Of a DNA stretch of 64,000 bases, positions 7,727 through 17,383 are shown one piece after another. Position 1 is the first letter of the stretch, and each line of letters opens with the position of its first letter. The stretch comes from a bacterium (lineage in GTDB: Bacteria; Krumholzibacteriota; Krumholzibacteriia; G020349025): contig JANLSU010000078.1 in assembly GCA_031362565.1 (NCBI GenBank), forward strand, positions 36,163 through 100,162, written 5' to 3'. Under the pieces are notes generated by a model. That model was not told the origin of the DNA, ran no database searches, and saw only the letters and a program-made list of their open reading frames with translations. The translations under genes and the position numbers were made by a program.

Positions 7727-9094
7727 TCACATCCGGACGATGGAATCGAGCATCTGGTCGATGGTCGTCGTGACGCGTACCATCGCCTGGTACGCATGCT
7801 GCGTCGCCATCATCTGGGTCATTTCTTCGTCGAGCGAGACGCCGCTGACGTCGGCGCGCTGCGCATCGATCTGGTCGAGGATCGCGCCTTGCGCGTCCTG
7901 AAACGATTGCGCTTGGCTGGTGTCGAGGCCGATACGGCCGACCATGCTGCGATAGGCCGAACCCAGCGTCTCGGTGCCGTTGCCCAGCAGTTTCGAGCCG
8001 GCGATCTGCGCCATCGCAAGCGCCTGGCGCCCATCGCCGCGCTCGCCGCCGGCCGATGCGGCGATGAGGTTGACGTCGCCCTCGATCGCGGCGTCGATCC
8101 GGATGTCGCCGGCGTGGACGCGCGTCGGATCAAAGAAATTGTGTCCGGTCGACCCATCGAGCCTGGTGCCCGCCGCATGGATCCGGTTGGTTTCGGCGAT
8201 GAGGCCAGCCGCGATGTCGTCCAGGGCCTGGCGATAGGCGGCAATTCGGTCATCGCGCGTCGTGAGAAGTCCGCTCAGACGTCCGCCGGCGAGAACGGGT
8301 GATTGCTTCGTATCCTGCCAACGGATGGCGGTGGAGCCGCTCCCCGGATCCGCGACTTCCAAGGCGCGTGCTTCCGGCCCCTGCACCAGCACCTCGGAGC
8401 CAAGATGCACCGTGATGGATCCGGCGGCGTTCTCTTCCACTTGCACGTTGGCGAGGCCGGCGAGTTCATCGACCAACCGGTCGCGCTCGTCGAGCAGGCC
8501 GCTCGGTTCGTCGCCATTCGATTTGGCGGCCACGACCATGGCATTGAGAGCGCCGAGACGTGTCGCGATCGAATTGACGCGGTCGACGCCCGTGCCGATC
8601 TCGCCGTTGATGTCTTCGACCAGAGAGTCGAGATGCGAATCGAGCCGCTTGAAGGTGTCGGTCAGCGCCCGCGCTTTCTCACGCACCGCGATGCGTGCCG
8701 AACCACTCTCGGGCTGGTTCGCGAGGTCGCTCCAGGACTTCCAATACTCGGCGAGTGCCGGTCCGAGGCCGGTGCTGTCGTCGGCTGGAAAAGCGCTTTC
8801 GACCCGCGACAGCGATTCTTGCATCGAACCCCAACGCCCGAAATCGGTGTGGTGGCCGCGATACGACTTGTCGAGAATTCCATCCCGGGCCCGGCTCACG
8901 CCGACCACGTCGACGCCGGTGCCCATGCTGCCGGAGGGCGTTTGAATATCCATTCCGGGCCGCAATTCGGCGCGCCGGCGCGAGTAGCCGGGCGTCTCGA
9001 CGTTGGCAATGTTGCCGCCCAGCACGTTCAGCGTCAGCTGATGGGCCCGCAGCGCGCGGCGCGCAATCTCCAAGCCTGCCGATAGACCGAACAC
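7727..9094 (-). CDS. flgK: Hook-associated protein 1 FlgK
   Basis: NIANVETPGYSR, LLDERDRLVDEL, SGVSLDEEM. Confidence 0.95.
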   Translation of the reverse strand: MFGLSAGLEIARRALRAHQLTLNVLGGNIANVETPGYSRRRAELRPGMDIQTPSGSMGTGVDVVGVSRARDGILDKSYRGHHTDFGRWGSMQESLSRVESAFPADDSTGLGPALAEYWKSWSDLANQPESGSARIAVREKARALTDTFKRLDSHLDSLVEDINGEIGTGVDRVNSIATRLGALNAMVVAAKSNGDEPSGLLDERDRLVDELAGLANVQVEENAAGSITVHLGSEVLVQGPEARALEVADPGSGSTAIRWQDTKQSPVLAGGRLSGLLTTRDDRIAAYRQALDDIAAGLIAETNRIHAAGTRLDGSTGHNFFDPTRVHAGDIRIDAAIEGDVNLIAASAGGERGDGRQALAMAQIAGSKLLGNGTETLGSAYRSMVGRIGLDTSQAQSFQDAQGAILDQIDAQRADVSGVSLDEEMTQMMATQHAYQAMVRVTTTIDQMLDSIVRM

Positions 9095-9106
9095 GGCGTC
9101 CTCCGT

Positions 9107-9619
9107 TCAGGCACTGTGATCGACGAGAGTGTCGATCTGGCTGCGAGTCAGCGTTCCCGAGGCTTGGTACGTCGGTGCTGCCGGCGCGCGGCCGCTTGCC
9201 GCCGCCAGCATCGTTTCGATGAATTCGAGCGACTGCTCGATGAGACGGCGGTTGTCGTTGTTGACCCGCGTGACGATCGCGAGCGCTTCGCGGCCGGTCG
9301 TCGAGAGCGACTCGAGCTCCTGGCCCAGCGTGCCACCCAACGCGCCCGCCAGGTCGCGCAGTGTCGCCTTGCCGGCCTCGAGTCCCAATCCGGCCGAAAG
9401 CTGGGTCAGGACGCGGGTGCGTTGTTCGTCGGCGGTACGGAGCTTGTCGAGCACTGCCGTCTGCTCGGCAAGCGATGCCAGAACGGCCTCGACATCGCGG
9501 CCGATAACCGCGGTTTGCTGCTGCCGCAAGGTCGCTTCGAGCTTGCGCAGGTGATCGACCTGTTGGTTGACCAACGTCGCGAGTTCGCGCGCCAGTTCTT
9601 CGTGCCGGGAGCCGGTCAT
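9107..9619 (-). CDS. flgN: Flagellar export chaperone FlgN
   Basis: Coiled coil, VNNDNRRLIEQSL, TYQASG; immediately upstream of flgK. Confidence 0.85.
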   Translation of the reverse strand: MTGSRHEELARELATLVNQQVDHLRKLEATLRQQQTAVIGRDVEAVLASLAEQTAVLDKLRTADEQRTRVLTQLSAGLGLEAGKATLRDLAGALGGTLGQELESLSTTGREALAIVTRVNNDNRRLIEQSLEFIETMLAAASGRAPAAPTYQASGTLTRSQIDTLVDHSA

Positions 9620-10011
9620 CGCTTGCCTCCGTCTGGCGCGTTCAGGGCGCCGTCCGCGGTCGCTGCGTGGCGCTTCGATTGCGCTTCGAGTTGCTGGCCC
9701 AAGTCGTGGCCAAGGCCGATGCCGCCGCGATGCGCCAACGCCACCGACAAATGCTCGTCCATGACATCGCGCATGAGCCCGTTGCCGGTCGGTGCGTCCG
9801 AATCCTCGGCCATCGCCTCGGTCGAGGCGCGCATCGTGCGCAGCATCGTCGCCAAGAGCAGCGACTCGAAGTCCTGCGCCGAGCGCTCGAGCTTCAGACG
9901 GTCGGCCGCATGCGGTTCGGCGGCGCGTTCCGCCGGCAAGCCCGCGGACGGCGCCTGCAAGGGGATGCCCGGCGGGCGCTGCAGCGGCACGAACGAAATA
10001 GGTCCGGGCAT
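9616..10011 (-). CDS. flgJ: Short rod-binding FlgJ (no muramidase domain)
   Basis: AQDFESLLLATMLRTMR...GGIGLG motif; 131 aa; follows flgI. Confidence 0.85.
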   Translation of the reverse strand: MPGPISFVPLQRPPGIPLQAPSAGLPAERAAEPHAADRLKLERSAQDFESLLLATMLRTMRASTEAMAEDSDAPTGNGLMRDVMDEHLSVALAHRGGIGLGHDLGQQLEAQSKRHAATADGALNAPDGGKR

Positions 10012-10018
10012 GGTGACC

Positions 10019-11161
10019 TCACAGAATTCGCAGCTCGGCGCGCAATGCGCCGGCTTCTTTGAGCGCCTGGAAGATGGCGATCATGTCGCGCGGTCCGACA
10101 CCGAGCGCATTGAGCGCCCGCGCCAGATCGCCGACGCTCGCCGATTCCTGCAACGGGAACAGCCCGCCGCCATCTTCACTCGCCTCGATCTGGTTTTCCT
10201 GGGCCACGACGGTCTCGCCGTGCGCCAACGAGCGCGGCTGCGAGACGACCGGCTTCGAGTCGATCTTCACCGACAAGTTGCCATGCGCCACCGCCACGCT
10301 CGCGATCGACACGTGTTCGCCGGCCACGATGGTGCCGGTGCGCTCGTTGACCACGAGACGCGCCGCGATATCCGGTTCCACATCCAACGATTCGATGCGT
10401 GCCAGCAACGTGACGCGAGCCGCGCGGCCGTCCAGGGACGAGTCACGAATCGCCGCCGCCGGAACTTGGATTGTTCCGGCATCGATGGCGCGCGCCGTCT
10501 TGCCACCCAACTCGCGATTGATTGCCGCGGCAACGCGCAGCGCGGTGGTGAAATCGGGTTCGTCCAGAACAACGGTGATGCCGTCGCTGATACGCGGCGG
10601 ATTCCATTCGCTTTCGATCGCACCGCCGCCGGGGACGCGGCCGACAAGCACGTAATTTTGCGCCACCTTGCTGTCGCCGCCGCGCGCACTGAAGCCGCCG
10701 ACGGAAACCGGCCCCTGGGCGCTCGCGTAGACGAGACCCTCGGGGGTCGCGAGCGGCGTGTACAGGAGCGTGCCACCTTCCAGGCTCTTGGCGTCACCGA
10801 GCGACGAGACGCTGACGTCGAAACGCGCGCCGCGGCGCTGATACGGTTGCATGCGCGCCACCACCATGACGGCGGCGACGTTCTTGACCCGCACCTGGCC
10901 TTCGGGAACGGTCACTCCGAGGCGCGTCAGCATGTTGCCGACCGATTGCATCGTGAATGTCGAGGAGCGGGAGTCACCGCTGCCGTCCAAGCCGACGACG
11001 ATGCCATAGCCCACGAGTTGCTGTTCCGCACCCGGATCGATGCGCGCCATGTCTTTCAGACGGACCCCGGCCGTTGCCGGCGCTGCCATGCCGAGCATGG
11101 CGGCGATGGCGGCCGCGATCAACAGTGCCACGTGACGCGGGGTACGAATCGTCCGGCGCAT
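10019..11161 (-). CDS. flgI: P-ring protein FlgI
   Basis: LVGYGIVVGLDGSGD, KNVAAVMV, NERTGTIV, LKEAGAL. Confidence 0.97.
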   Translation of the reverse strand: MRRTIRTPRHVALLIAAAIAAMLGMAAPATAGVRLKDMARIDPGAEQQLVGYGIVVGLDGSGDSRSSTFTMQSVGNMLTRLGVTVPEGQVRVKNVAAVMVVARMQPYQRRGARFDVSVSSLGDAKSLEGGTLLYTPLATPEGLVYASAQGPVSVGGFSARGGDSKVAQNYVLVGRVPGGGAIESEWNPPRISDGITVVLDEPDFTTALRVAAAINRELGGKTARAIDAGTIQVPAAAIRDSSLDGRAARVTLLARIESLDVEPDIAARLVVNERTGTIVAGEHVSIASVAVAHGNLSVKIDSKPVVSQPRSLAHGETVVAQENQIEASEDGGGLFPLQESASVGDLARALNALGVGPRDMIAIFQALKEAGALRAELRIL

Positions 11162-11802
11162 CAGAACAACCAGCCTAGGACGCGGGCGATGACGTTGGGC
11201 TTGGTGCCATTCGTCATCTGGCCCTTGCCTTTGTAGAGGATTTTGGCGTTGGCGATGTCGGATGAGAACACGACGTTGCCTTCGCGAATGTCGATCGGGC
11301 GCACGATGCCCGAGAGCTGCAGGATCTCCTTCTCGTCGTTGATCTGCACTTCGTGCTCGCCGCTGATCCCGAGATCGCCGTTGGCGCGCACCTCGTTCAC
11401 GGTGACCGCCATGCGCGCCGTCAGCCGGCCCTCGCGGCTCAGTTGTCCGGCGCCCGTGTGGTCGCTGCCAAGATCTGCCGACATGCCGAAGTCGGGCAGG
11501 AACTTCAGCGCCCCGGTCCCGGCATCGGCTTTGTTCTGGAACTTGCTTTTGCGGCTGGTGGAAATCGTCGAGGAGTTGCTGGCACTCGCCCGCTCGACAA
11601 TCGCCACAGTCAAAATGTCGCCCAGTGCGCGCGCATGGACGTCGGCGAAAAGCGACGCCTGGCGCACGGTGCGCGGGCCGTTCGCTGCGGCGGGTGCGGC
11701 TGTGGCTGTGGCCGGCACCGCGGTGTTGGTTTGGATTTCGGCGGCGGCGCTCTGCGCCAGTATCGCGCCGACCAGACTGACCAGGAACCCATGGCGAATC
11801 AT
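11161..11802 (-). CDS. flgH: L-ring protein FlgH
   Basis: LFAD.HARALGDILTV, V.EVRANGDL.I.G, LSGIVRP.DI. Confidence 0.93.
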   Translation of the reverse strand: MIRHGFLVSLVGAILAQSAAAEIQTNTAVPATATAAPAAANGPRTVRQASLFADVHARALGDILTVAIVERASASNSSTISTSRKSKFQNKADAGTGALKFLPDFGMSADLGSDHTGAGQLSREGRLTARMAVTVNEVRANGDLGISGEHEVQINDEKEILQLSGIVRPIDIREGNVVFSSDIANAKILYKGKGQMTNGTKPNVIARVLGWLF

Positions 11803-11805
11803 CGT

Positions 11806-12534
11806 TCAGCCTCCGATCGCGTTGTCGTCGAGCTCGATGCGGACACTGCCCGGGCCCATGACGGTGGCCTGCAGGCGGCGGCCGCTGCGGTCGTTCTTGA
11901 TCGCGACGCGTTGTCCGACGGCGCCGTCATCGAGAGCGATGCCGCTCACCGTTACGGTGATGCCGCCCAAACCGAGGGTCGCCATGACCTTGTCGCCGCG
12001 CCGGATAACGGGCAGTGGTTCGAGATCACTTGGATGGACCGTTTCGCCGGCGCTGAAGCTGCGCCGCAGGCGCATGCCGCGCACCGATTCGACGCTCGCC
12101 ACCACAGTGTCGCCGTCGGCGGCTGCCTCGCGGCGTTCAACGCTGAACTGTTCGGGAGCGGCCGCGGCGCCGCGGCCGATGGGTGCGACCGCGACCAGCA
12201 CACTGCGGTAGACACGCAATTGCACGGACACCGAGCGTTCACCGATCTTCGTGCCATCACGCCACATCTCGAGCGCCACCAGGGTCGGCCCGGAGGCACG
12301 CCGGGTGCCGAGAACGCGGCCGTGAATCTCGGCTTCCTGACCTTGCAGTCCACCCAGCGCCGGCATCGGGCCGCAAACGACCTCGACGTCCGCACCGGTT
12401 CCGAAGGCGGACCGCGCGGCATCCTCGGCGGCCAGCGCCAGGGCGCGGGCATCGAGGACCACGGCGGCGGCGCGCGGCGCAGCCACGAGCGCCAAGAGCG
12501 CCACCAGCAGCACCAGTTTCGAGAGTCGTTGCAT
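11806..12534 (-). CDS. flgA: P-ring chaperone FlgA
   Basis: Signal peptide, SAF domain, GIALDDGAVGQRVAIKNDRSGR. Confidence 0.9.
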   Translation of the reverse strand: MQRLSKLVLLVALLALVAAPRAAAVVLDARALALAAEDAARSAFGTGADVEVVCGPMPALGGLQGQEAEIHGRVLGTRRASGPTLVALEMWRDGTKIGERSVSVQLRVYRSVLVAVAPIGRGAAAAPEQFSVERREAAADGDTVVASVESVRGMRLRRSFSAGETVHPSDLEPLPVIRRGDKVMATLGLGGITVTVSGIALDDGAVGQRVAIKNDRSGRRLQATVMGPGSVRIELDDNAIGG

Positions 12535-12548
12535 CGCGGGCTTCCTCC

Positions 12549-13337
12549 TTACCGTGCGAGATCGTTGGCCATCGTCATCATCTCGTCCGATGCTTTGATG
12601 GCCTTGGAGTTGATTTCGTAGGCGCGCTGCGCGGTGATCAAGTTGATCATTTCTTCGACGATCTCGACGTTGGAGACCTCGAGCTGGCCCTGCGCGATGC
12701 GGCCAAAGCCCTGCGTGGTCGGAGTTCCGGACACCGGCTCACCGGAGGCTCCGGACAAGACGAACAAGTTCTGACCCTGGGCCGACAAACCGGCGGCGTT
12801 CATGAAGCGCACCAGCTCGATCTGCCCTACCGACTGCGGCGTGGCGTCGCCCGGGACGCGCACCGAGACCGCGCCGTCGGCCCCGACCAGGACTTCCTTC
12901 GTGTCGTCGGGCAACGTGATGTCCGGACTCAATGGATAGCCGTCGCTGGTGACGATGCGGCCCTCGGCCGAGACCTTGAAGCTGCCGTCGCGCGTGTAGG
13001 CTTCCGTTCCATCAGGCATCTGCACCCGGAAGAACCCGTCGCCCATGATCGCCAGGTCGGTGGCGTTGCCGGTCTGTTGGGTTTCGCCCTGCGTGAACAT
13101 GCGCTGCGTCGACACCGGTGTCGCGCCGTAACCGATCTGCACCGATGCGGGTGCGACGATACCGGTCGAACCGGCGCCGCCGACGCCACGCATCTGCTGA
13201 TAGAAGAGATCCTGAAACTCCATCCGGGCCTTCTTGAAGCCCGTGGTGTTGACGTTCGCCAGGTTGTTGGCGATGTTGTCGACGTTGAGCTGCTGCGCCT
13301 TCATGCCGCTCGCAGCGGTCTGCATGGCTCGAATCAT
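12549..13337 (-). CDS. flgG: Distal rod protein FlgG
   Basis: ANNLANVNTTGFK, YTRDGSF, LEVSNV..VEEM; 262 aa. Confidence 0.97.
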   Translation of the reverse strand: MIRAMQTAASGMKAQQLNVDNIANNLANVNTTGFKKARMEFQDLFYQQMRGVGGAGSTGIVAPASVQIGYGATPVSTQRMFTQGETQQTGNATDLAIMGDGFFRVQMPDGTEAYTRDGSFKVSAEGRIVTSDGYPLSPDITLPDDTKEVLVGADGAVSVRVPGDATPQSVGQIELVRFMNAAGLSAQGQNLFVLSGASGEPVSGTPTTQGFGRIAQGQLEVSNVEIVEEMINLITAQRAYEINSKAIKASDEMMTMANDLAR

Positions 13338-13356
13338 GGCGTCCTCCCGTGCGGCC

Positions 13357-14073
13357 TCACCGCTGGATCAACTCGTTGACCGTGCGCCCGAGAGCATCGC
13401 TCTGCAGGCGGACCATGCGCTGAGATGCTTCGTATTCACGCATGAGAGTCATCATGCGAACCATCTCGTCCATCGTTTCGACGTTCGATCGCTCGAGACT
13501 CTTCTGGCGCACGTGGGCGGTTGTGGGTGCCGGCTCGAGCGTCGTGCCCGGCCGCGGCGCGAAATGGCTCTTGCCTTCGCGTACCAGGCCGGCGGTCGAA
13601 GCGAAATTCTTGATCGCCAAGCGCCCTACCGACTGCTCGTCCACGAACACTTCACCGCTCGCATCGATGGCGACGCGATTGCCGGTCAGGGTCATCGGAC
13701 CGGATTCGGACAGCACCGGCGCACCGCTCGAATCCACCAGCGTGCCGGCCGGATCGAGCGAGAAGTTGCCGTTGCGCGTGTAGCGCTCGCCTTCCGGCGT
13801 GTCGACGGCGAAGAATCCCGGGCCCTCGATCGCCACATCCAGGTCGCGCCCGGTCGGCTCGACCAACCCTTGAGCGAAGTCCGTGAAGATGTGCTGTTTC
13901 TTCTCCACGTCGCGAATCGATTCGGCCGACTGGATATCGGTCAATTCCTCGGAGAAAACCCGGGTCGCCTTGAAGCCGGGCGTCGAGGTGTTTGCGAGGT
14001 TCTCGCTCACCGCGTTCTGCCACACTTGGCGCGCCACCATCGCGGCGCCCGAGGTGTACATCCCGTCCGACAT
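13357..14073 (-). CDS. flgF: Proximal rod protein FlgF
   Basis: NLANTSTPGFK, YTRNGNF, LERSNV; start MSDGMY with RBS GGGAGG. Confidence 0.92.
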   Translation of the reverse strand: MSDGMYTSGAAMVARQVWQNAVSENLANTSTPGFKATRVFSEELTDIQSAESIRDVEKKQHIFTDFAQGLVEPTGRDLDVAIEGPGFFAVDTPEGERYTRNGNFSLDPAGTLVDSSGAPVLSESGPMTLTGNRVAIDASGEVFVDEQSVGRLAIKNFASTAGLVREGKSHFAPRPGTTLEPAPTTAHVRQKSLERSNVETMDEMVRMMTLMREYEASQRMVRLQSDALGRTVNELIQR

Positions 14074-14119
14074 GTGCGCCGCCTCCCGCGGTTTCCGTAC
14101 TCGTCCAGTGGTCGAACGC

Positions 14120-14135
14120 TGCAGACGACGTGCCC
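14120..14135 (-). promoter_or_regulatory. Putative sigma-54 promoter of the flgF operon
   Basis: Minus strand GGGCACGTCGTCTGCA (GG-N10-GC, close to TGGCACG-N4-TTGCA), about 47 bp upstream of flgF. Confidence 0.6.
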
Positions 14136-14315
14136 AGCGCGTCGATTCAACCTGCTTCAGCGCCGGCGCCGCTCGGCGGCTGTCGTCGCGCGTCGAGACG
14201 CGCAGCACTTGTTCGGCCCCTGTCCTATGCTCGTGTACGTCCGGCGACGTACGCGTGCAGTGCGTCCGGTGCGCTGCACGATTCCGATCCGCACCGGCGT
14301 GGCCGTTTTCCGGCC

Positions 14316-14519
14316 TCAGGCCTCGACGTCGAGTTTGTGGCCTGAATGCTCGTCGGCCGGCGCCGGCCGCGATTCTTCTTCGTCGGGCGATTCGTGCGGC
14401 GCCCCGTCAGGGTTCTGCTGGCGCGGCGCATCGTCGCCGACCCGCGGTGTCCGTCCGATCCGCTGGATGAGCGGCGCTCCCGGCCGCACGGGTGGTACAT
14501 CGAATCCCGCCGCGCTCAC
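14316..14519 (-). CDS. Small hypothetical protein coupled to fliA
   Basis: GTG overlaps the fliA stop (GTGA); 67 aa, acidic and disordered, ending GHKLDVEA. Confidence 0.6.
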   Translation of the reverse strand: MSAAGFDVPPVRPGAPLIQRIGRTPRVGDDAPRQQNPDGAPHESPDEEESRPAPADEHSGHKLDVEA

Positions 14520-15262
14520 GAGTCATCTCCAAAGCCGAGGGTGACGCACAGCCGCGCGCGCAGCGCGGCCACGGCCGCGGTACGGATCTGCGACACGCGT
14601 GACTCCGTGACGCCCAGCACCGCACCGATTTCCTTCATTTTAAGCTGCTCGTGGTAGTAGAGCGCCAAGACCAGGCGTTCGTTGCGCGGCAACTCTTCGA
14701 TCCAACGCATGACAAGTGCTTCGACCTCGCGCTGCTCGACTTCACCAAGCGGGTCGAGCTTGCTTTCGTCGATCTCTTCGGGCAGCGAATCGCTGCGTTC
14801 CAGGAGTTCTTCGATGGAGTACAGCGGCACGCGGGCGGCGGTGTCGAGAAGGTCGACGACATCCTCGGGCGTGCTGCCGATCTCGGCGGCAATTTCCACC
14901 GGCGTGGGGGTGCGCTTCAACGTTTGCGACAAGGACGCCGCGGTGCGCTCGACGCGCCGCACCTTGACGCGCGTCGAGTACGGCAGCGGATCTTGCGCCC
15001 GCAAGTGGTCGTACACGGCGCCGCGCACATACTGTGACGCGAAGCTTTCGAAGCGCGTGCCGCGCCCGGGGTCGAAGGCGTCCACGGCGCGAATCAGTCC
15101 GAGCATTCCGGCGCTCACGAGGTCGGCGGCGTCGACGTGCCGCGGCACCGCGGCGGCGACGCCGTGCGCGATCCGCTTTACGAGCGGCATGTGCTGCAGG
15201 ATGGTTTGCTCACGATCGGCCCGTAGCGCCGCGTCGTATGCTGTGCCTTCCATCGCCTTCAC
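14516..15262 (-). CDS. fliA: Sigma-28 factor FliA/WhiG
   Basis: DLVSAGMLGL..AVDAFDP.RG..F, LYYHEQL..KEIG.VLGVTESRVSQI. Confidence 0.95.
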   Translation of the reverse strand: MKAMEGTAYDAALRADREQTILQHMPLVKRIAHGVAAAVPRHVDAADLVSAGMLGLIRAVDAFDPGRGTRFESFASQYVRGAVYDHLRAQDPLPYSTRVKVRRVERTAASLSQTLKRTPTPVEIAAEIGSTPEDVVDLLDTAARVPLYSIEELLERSDSLPEEIDESKLDPLGEVEQREVEALVMRWIEELPRNERLVLALYYHEQLKMKEIGAVLGVTESRVSQIRTAAVAALRARLCVTLGFGDDS

Positions 15263-15286
15263 ATCCCCTCACTCCCCCAAAGGCCC

Positions 15287-17383
15287 TCAAGCGGCTGCCG
15301 GCACCGGCTCTAATACGGGTTCGGCGCTGCGCGCCGCAGCTAGGCTCAGGACGCCCACGGCGCGGACATCGATGTCGGTCGCGAGCTCGTGATACGCGAG
15401 AACCGGCAGAGTCGGAAACGACGCCTCGAGCAAGCGGCGGACCGCGATGCGCACCCGCGGCGCGCACACGACCGCCGGCCGTTCCTGGCGATCCAGAATG
15501 GCGCGCACGTACCGGCGCAGGAGCTGGAAGAGCGCCTGAGTATCCTGTGGCGGCATCGCCACGACGCCGTCGCGCAAGGACTGCTGCAGCAGTTGCTCGA
15601 GCGCCGGATCGAGTGAAACGACCTCGAGTTTGTGTTCCGCGGATGCGCAAGCTTCGCAGATGGCGCGCGCCAGTCCAGCCCGCACCGATTCCGTGAGCGC
15701 ATCGACGTCGCGCGTTTGCGGTGCGTAGTCCGCCAAGATCTCCAAGATGCGCCCCAGATCCCGTACCGGCACGCGTTCGCGCAAGAGGTTCTGCAGCACG
15801 CGCTGTAGAATGCCCATCGACACGATGTCGGGCACGACGTCCTTGACGAGCGTCGGGCTGTCCTTGCGGAGCTCCTCGAGCAGCGATTGGACGTCTTGCC
15901 GGGACATGATTTCGGCGGCTTGCGACTTCACGACTTCGGTGAGATGCGTCGCCAAGACGACGCTGTTCGTCACGACGGTGAGTCCCTGGTCTTCGGCGCG
16001 CGGCTTCACCGCGCCGGTGACCCATTTCGCACTCAGCCCGAACGCCGGTTCCTTGGTCTCGACGCCGTCGATGCGCCCGAGCGCCGCCAAGTCGCCCATC
16101 GCCAGCCAGTAGCCGGCCAGCAAGCGCCCGCCATCGACACGATGGCCGCGGATCCGGATCTCGTAGTGGTCCGGACGCAGACGAATATCGTCGCGGATGC
16201 GAATCTTCGGGATGATGATGCCGAGCTCGGACGCCATCTGGCGCCGCATCGTGATGACGCGGTCCAGAAAATCGCTGCCGCCATCCTTGTCGAGCAGCGG
16301 GATCAGACCGAAGCCGACCGCAACCTCGAGCCGGTCGACGCGCAGGAATTCTTCCGGCGTCTCTTCGTGCTTCGGGACCGGAGCCGGAGCCGCCGCCGCC
16401 GCCGAACGCTTCTTTTCGCGCCGCGCCGCAGCCTGCCCCAAGAGCGCCAATGCGCCCGCCAGCACCAGGAGCGCCATGGACGGAATGCCGGGAACCAGTG
16501 CCAGCACGCACAACGCGATCGCCACGATGTTGAGCGGCCGGCGGCGGTCGAACAACTGGTGGCCCATTTCGGCGCCCAGCTTCTCGCCCGCGGCGGCACG
16601 GCTTACCACGATACCGGCGGCGGTCGAAACGATCAGCGCCGGAATCTGGCTCACCAGGCCGTCGCCGATCGTCAGGCGCGTGTAGGTGCGCAGCGCTTCC
16701 CCGGGCGCCATCTTGAGCTGCAGCACGCCGATGATGAAACCGGCGAAGATGTTGACGAGCGCGATTACGATACCGGCGATCGCATCGCCTCGGACGAACT
16801 TCGACGCGCCGTCCATGGCGCCATAGAAGTTCGCTTCGCGCGACAGGTTTTCGCGCCGGCGCAGCGCTTCCTTGTCGTCGATGAGGCCGGCGTTGAGATC
16901 TGCGTCGATGCTCATCTGCTTGCCAGGCATCGCGTCCAAGGTGAAGCGCGCCCCGACTTCGGCATTTCGCTCCGTACCCTTGACGATGACGAAAAACTGA
17001 ATGATGACCAGAATGATGAAAATCACGCTGCCGACGACGTAGTTGTCCTTGACGACGAAGGTGCCGAAGGCGGAAATCATCTTTCCGGCGTAGGCCTGGC
17101 CCAGGATGAGGCGCGTCGATGCGACGTTGAGCGCCAGGCGGAACAGAGTCAGGACCAGCATCAAGCTCGGGAACACGGACAGTTGCAGTGGCTCCTTGGC
17201 ATGCAGGGCATTCACCAGGACGATGAGCGAGAAACTGATGTTGAAGGCGAGCATGATGTCGATCAAGAACGTCGGCACCGGAACGATCATGACGCCCAGG
17301 ATGCCGATGACGGCAAATGCCAAAATGGCATCCGAGCGATTCCCGAGGCCGAGAACGGCCGGAGTTTTTGCGACGGCGCTCAT
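15287..17383 (-). CDS. flhA: Export gate protein FlhA
   Basis: FHIPEP motif AEVGARFTLDAMPGKQMSIDADLNAG, FYGAMDGASKFVRGD. Confidence 0.98.
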   Translation of the reverse strand: MSAVAKTPAVLGLGNRSDAILAFAVIGILGVMIVPVPTFLIDIMLAFNISFSLIVLVNALHAKEPLQLSVFPSLMLVLTLFRLALNVASTRLILGQAYAGKMISAFGTFVVKDNYVVGSVIFIILVIIQFFVIVKGTERNAEVGARFTLDAMPGKQMSIDADLNAGLIDDKEALRRRENLSREANFYGAMDGASKFVRGDAIAGIVIALVNIFAGFIIGVLQLKMAPGEALRTYTRLTIGDGLVSQIPALIVSTAAGIVVSRAAAGEKLGAEMGHQLFDRRRPLNIVAIALCVLALVPGIPSMALLVLAGALALLGQAAARREKKRSAAAAAPAPVPKHEETPEEFLRVDRLEVAVGFGLIPLLDKDGGSDFLDRVITMRRQMASELGIIIPKIRIRDDIRLRPDHYEIRIRGHRVDGGRLLAGYWLAMGDLAALGRIDGVETKEPAFGLSAKWVTGAVKPRAEDQGLTVVTNSVVLATHLTEVVKSQAAEIMSRQDVQSLLEELRKDSPTLVKDVVPDIVSMGILQRVLQNLLRERVPVRDLGRILEILADYAPQTRDVDALTESVRAGLARAICEACASAEHKLEVVSLDPALEQLLQQSLRDGVVAMPPQDTQALFQLLRRYVRAILDRQERPAVVCAPRVRIAVRRLLEASFPTLPVLAYHELATDIDVRAVGVLSLAAARSAEPVLEPVPAAA

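Noticed and set aside
9116..11236. Long plus-strand ORFs (also 27950-29863, 33277-35586, 15887-17428)
   Set aside because: Antisense shadows of well-supported flagellar genes in high-GC DNA, with no motifs.
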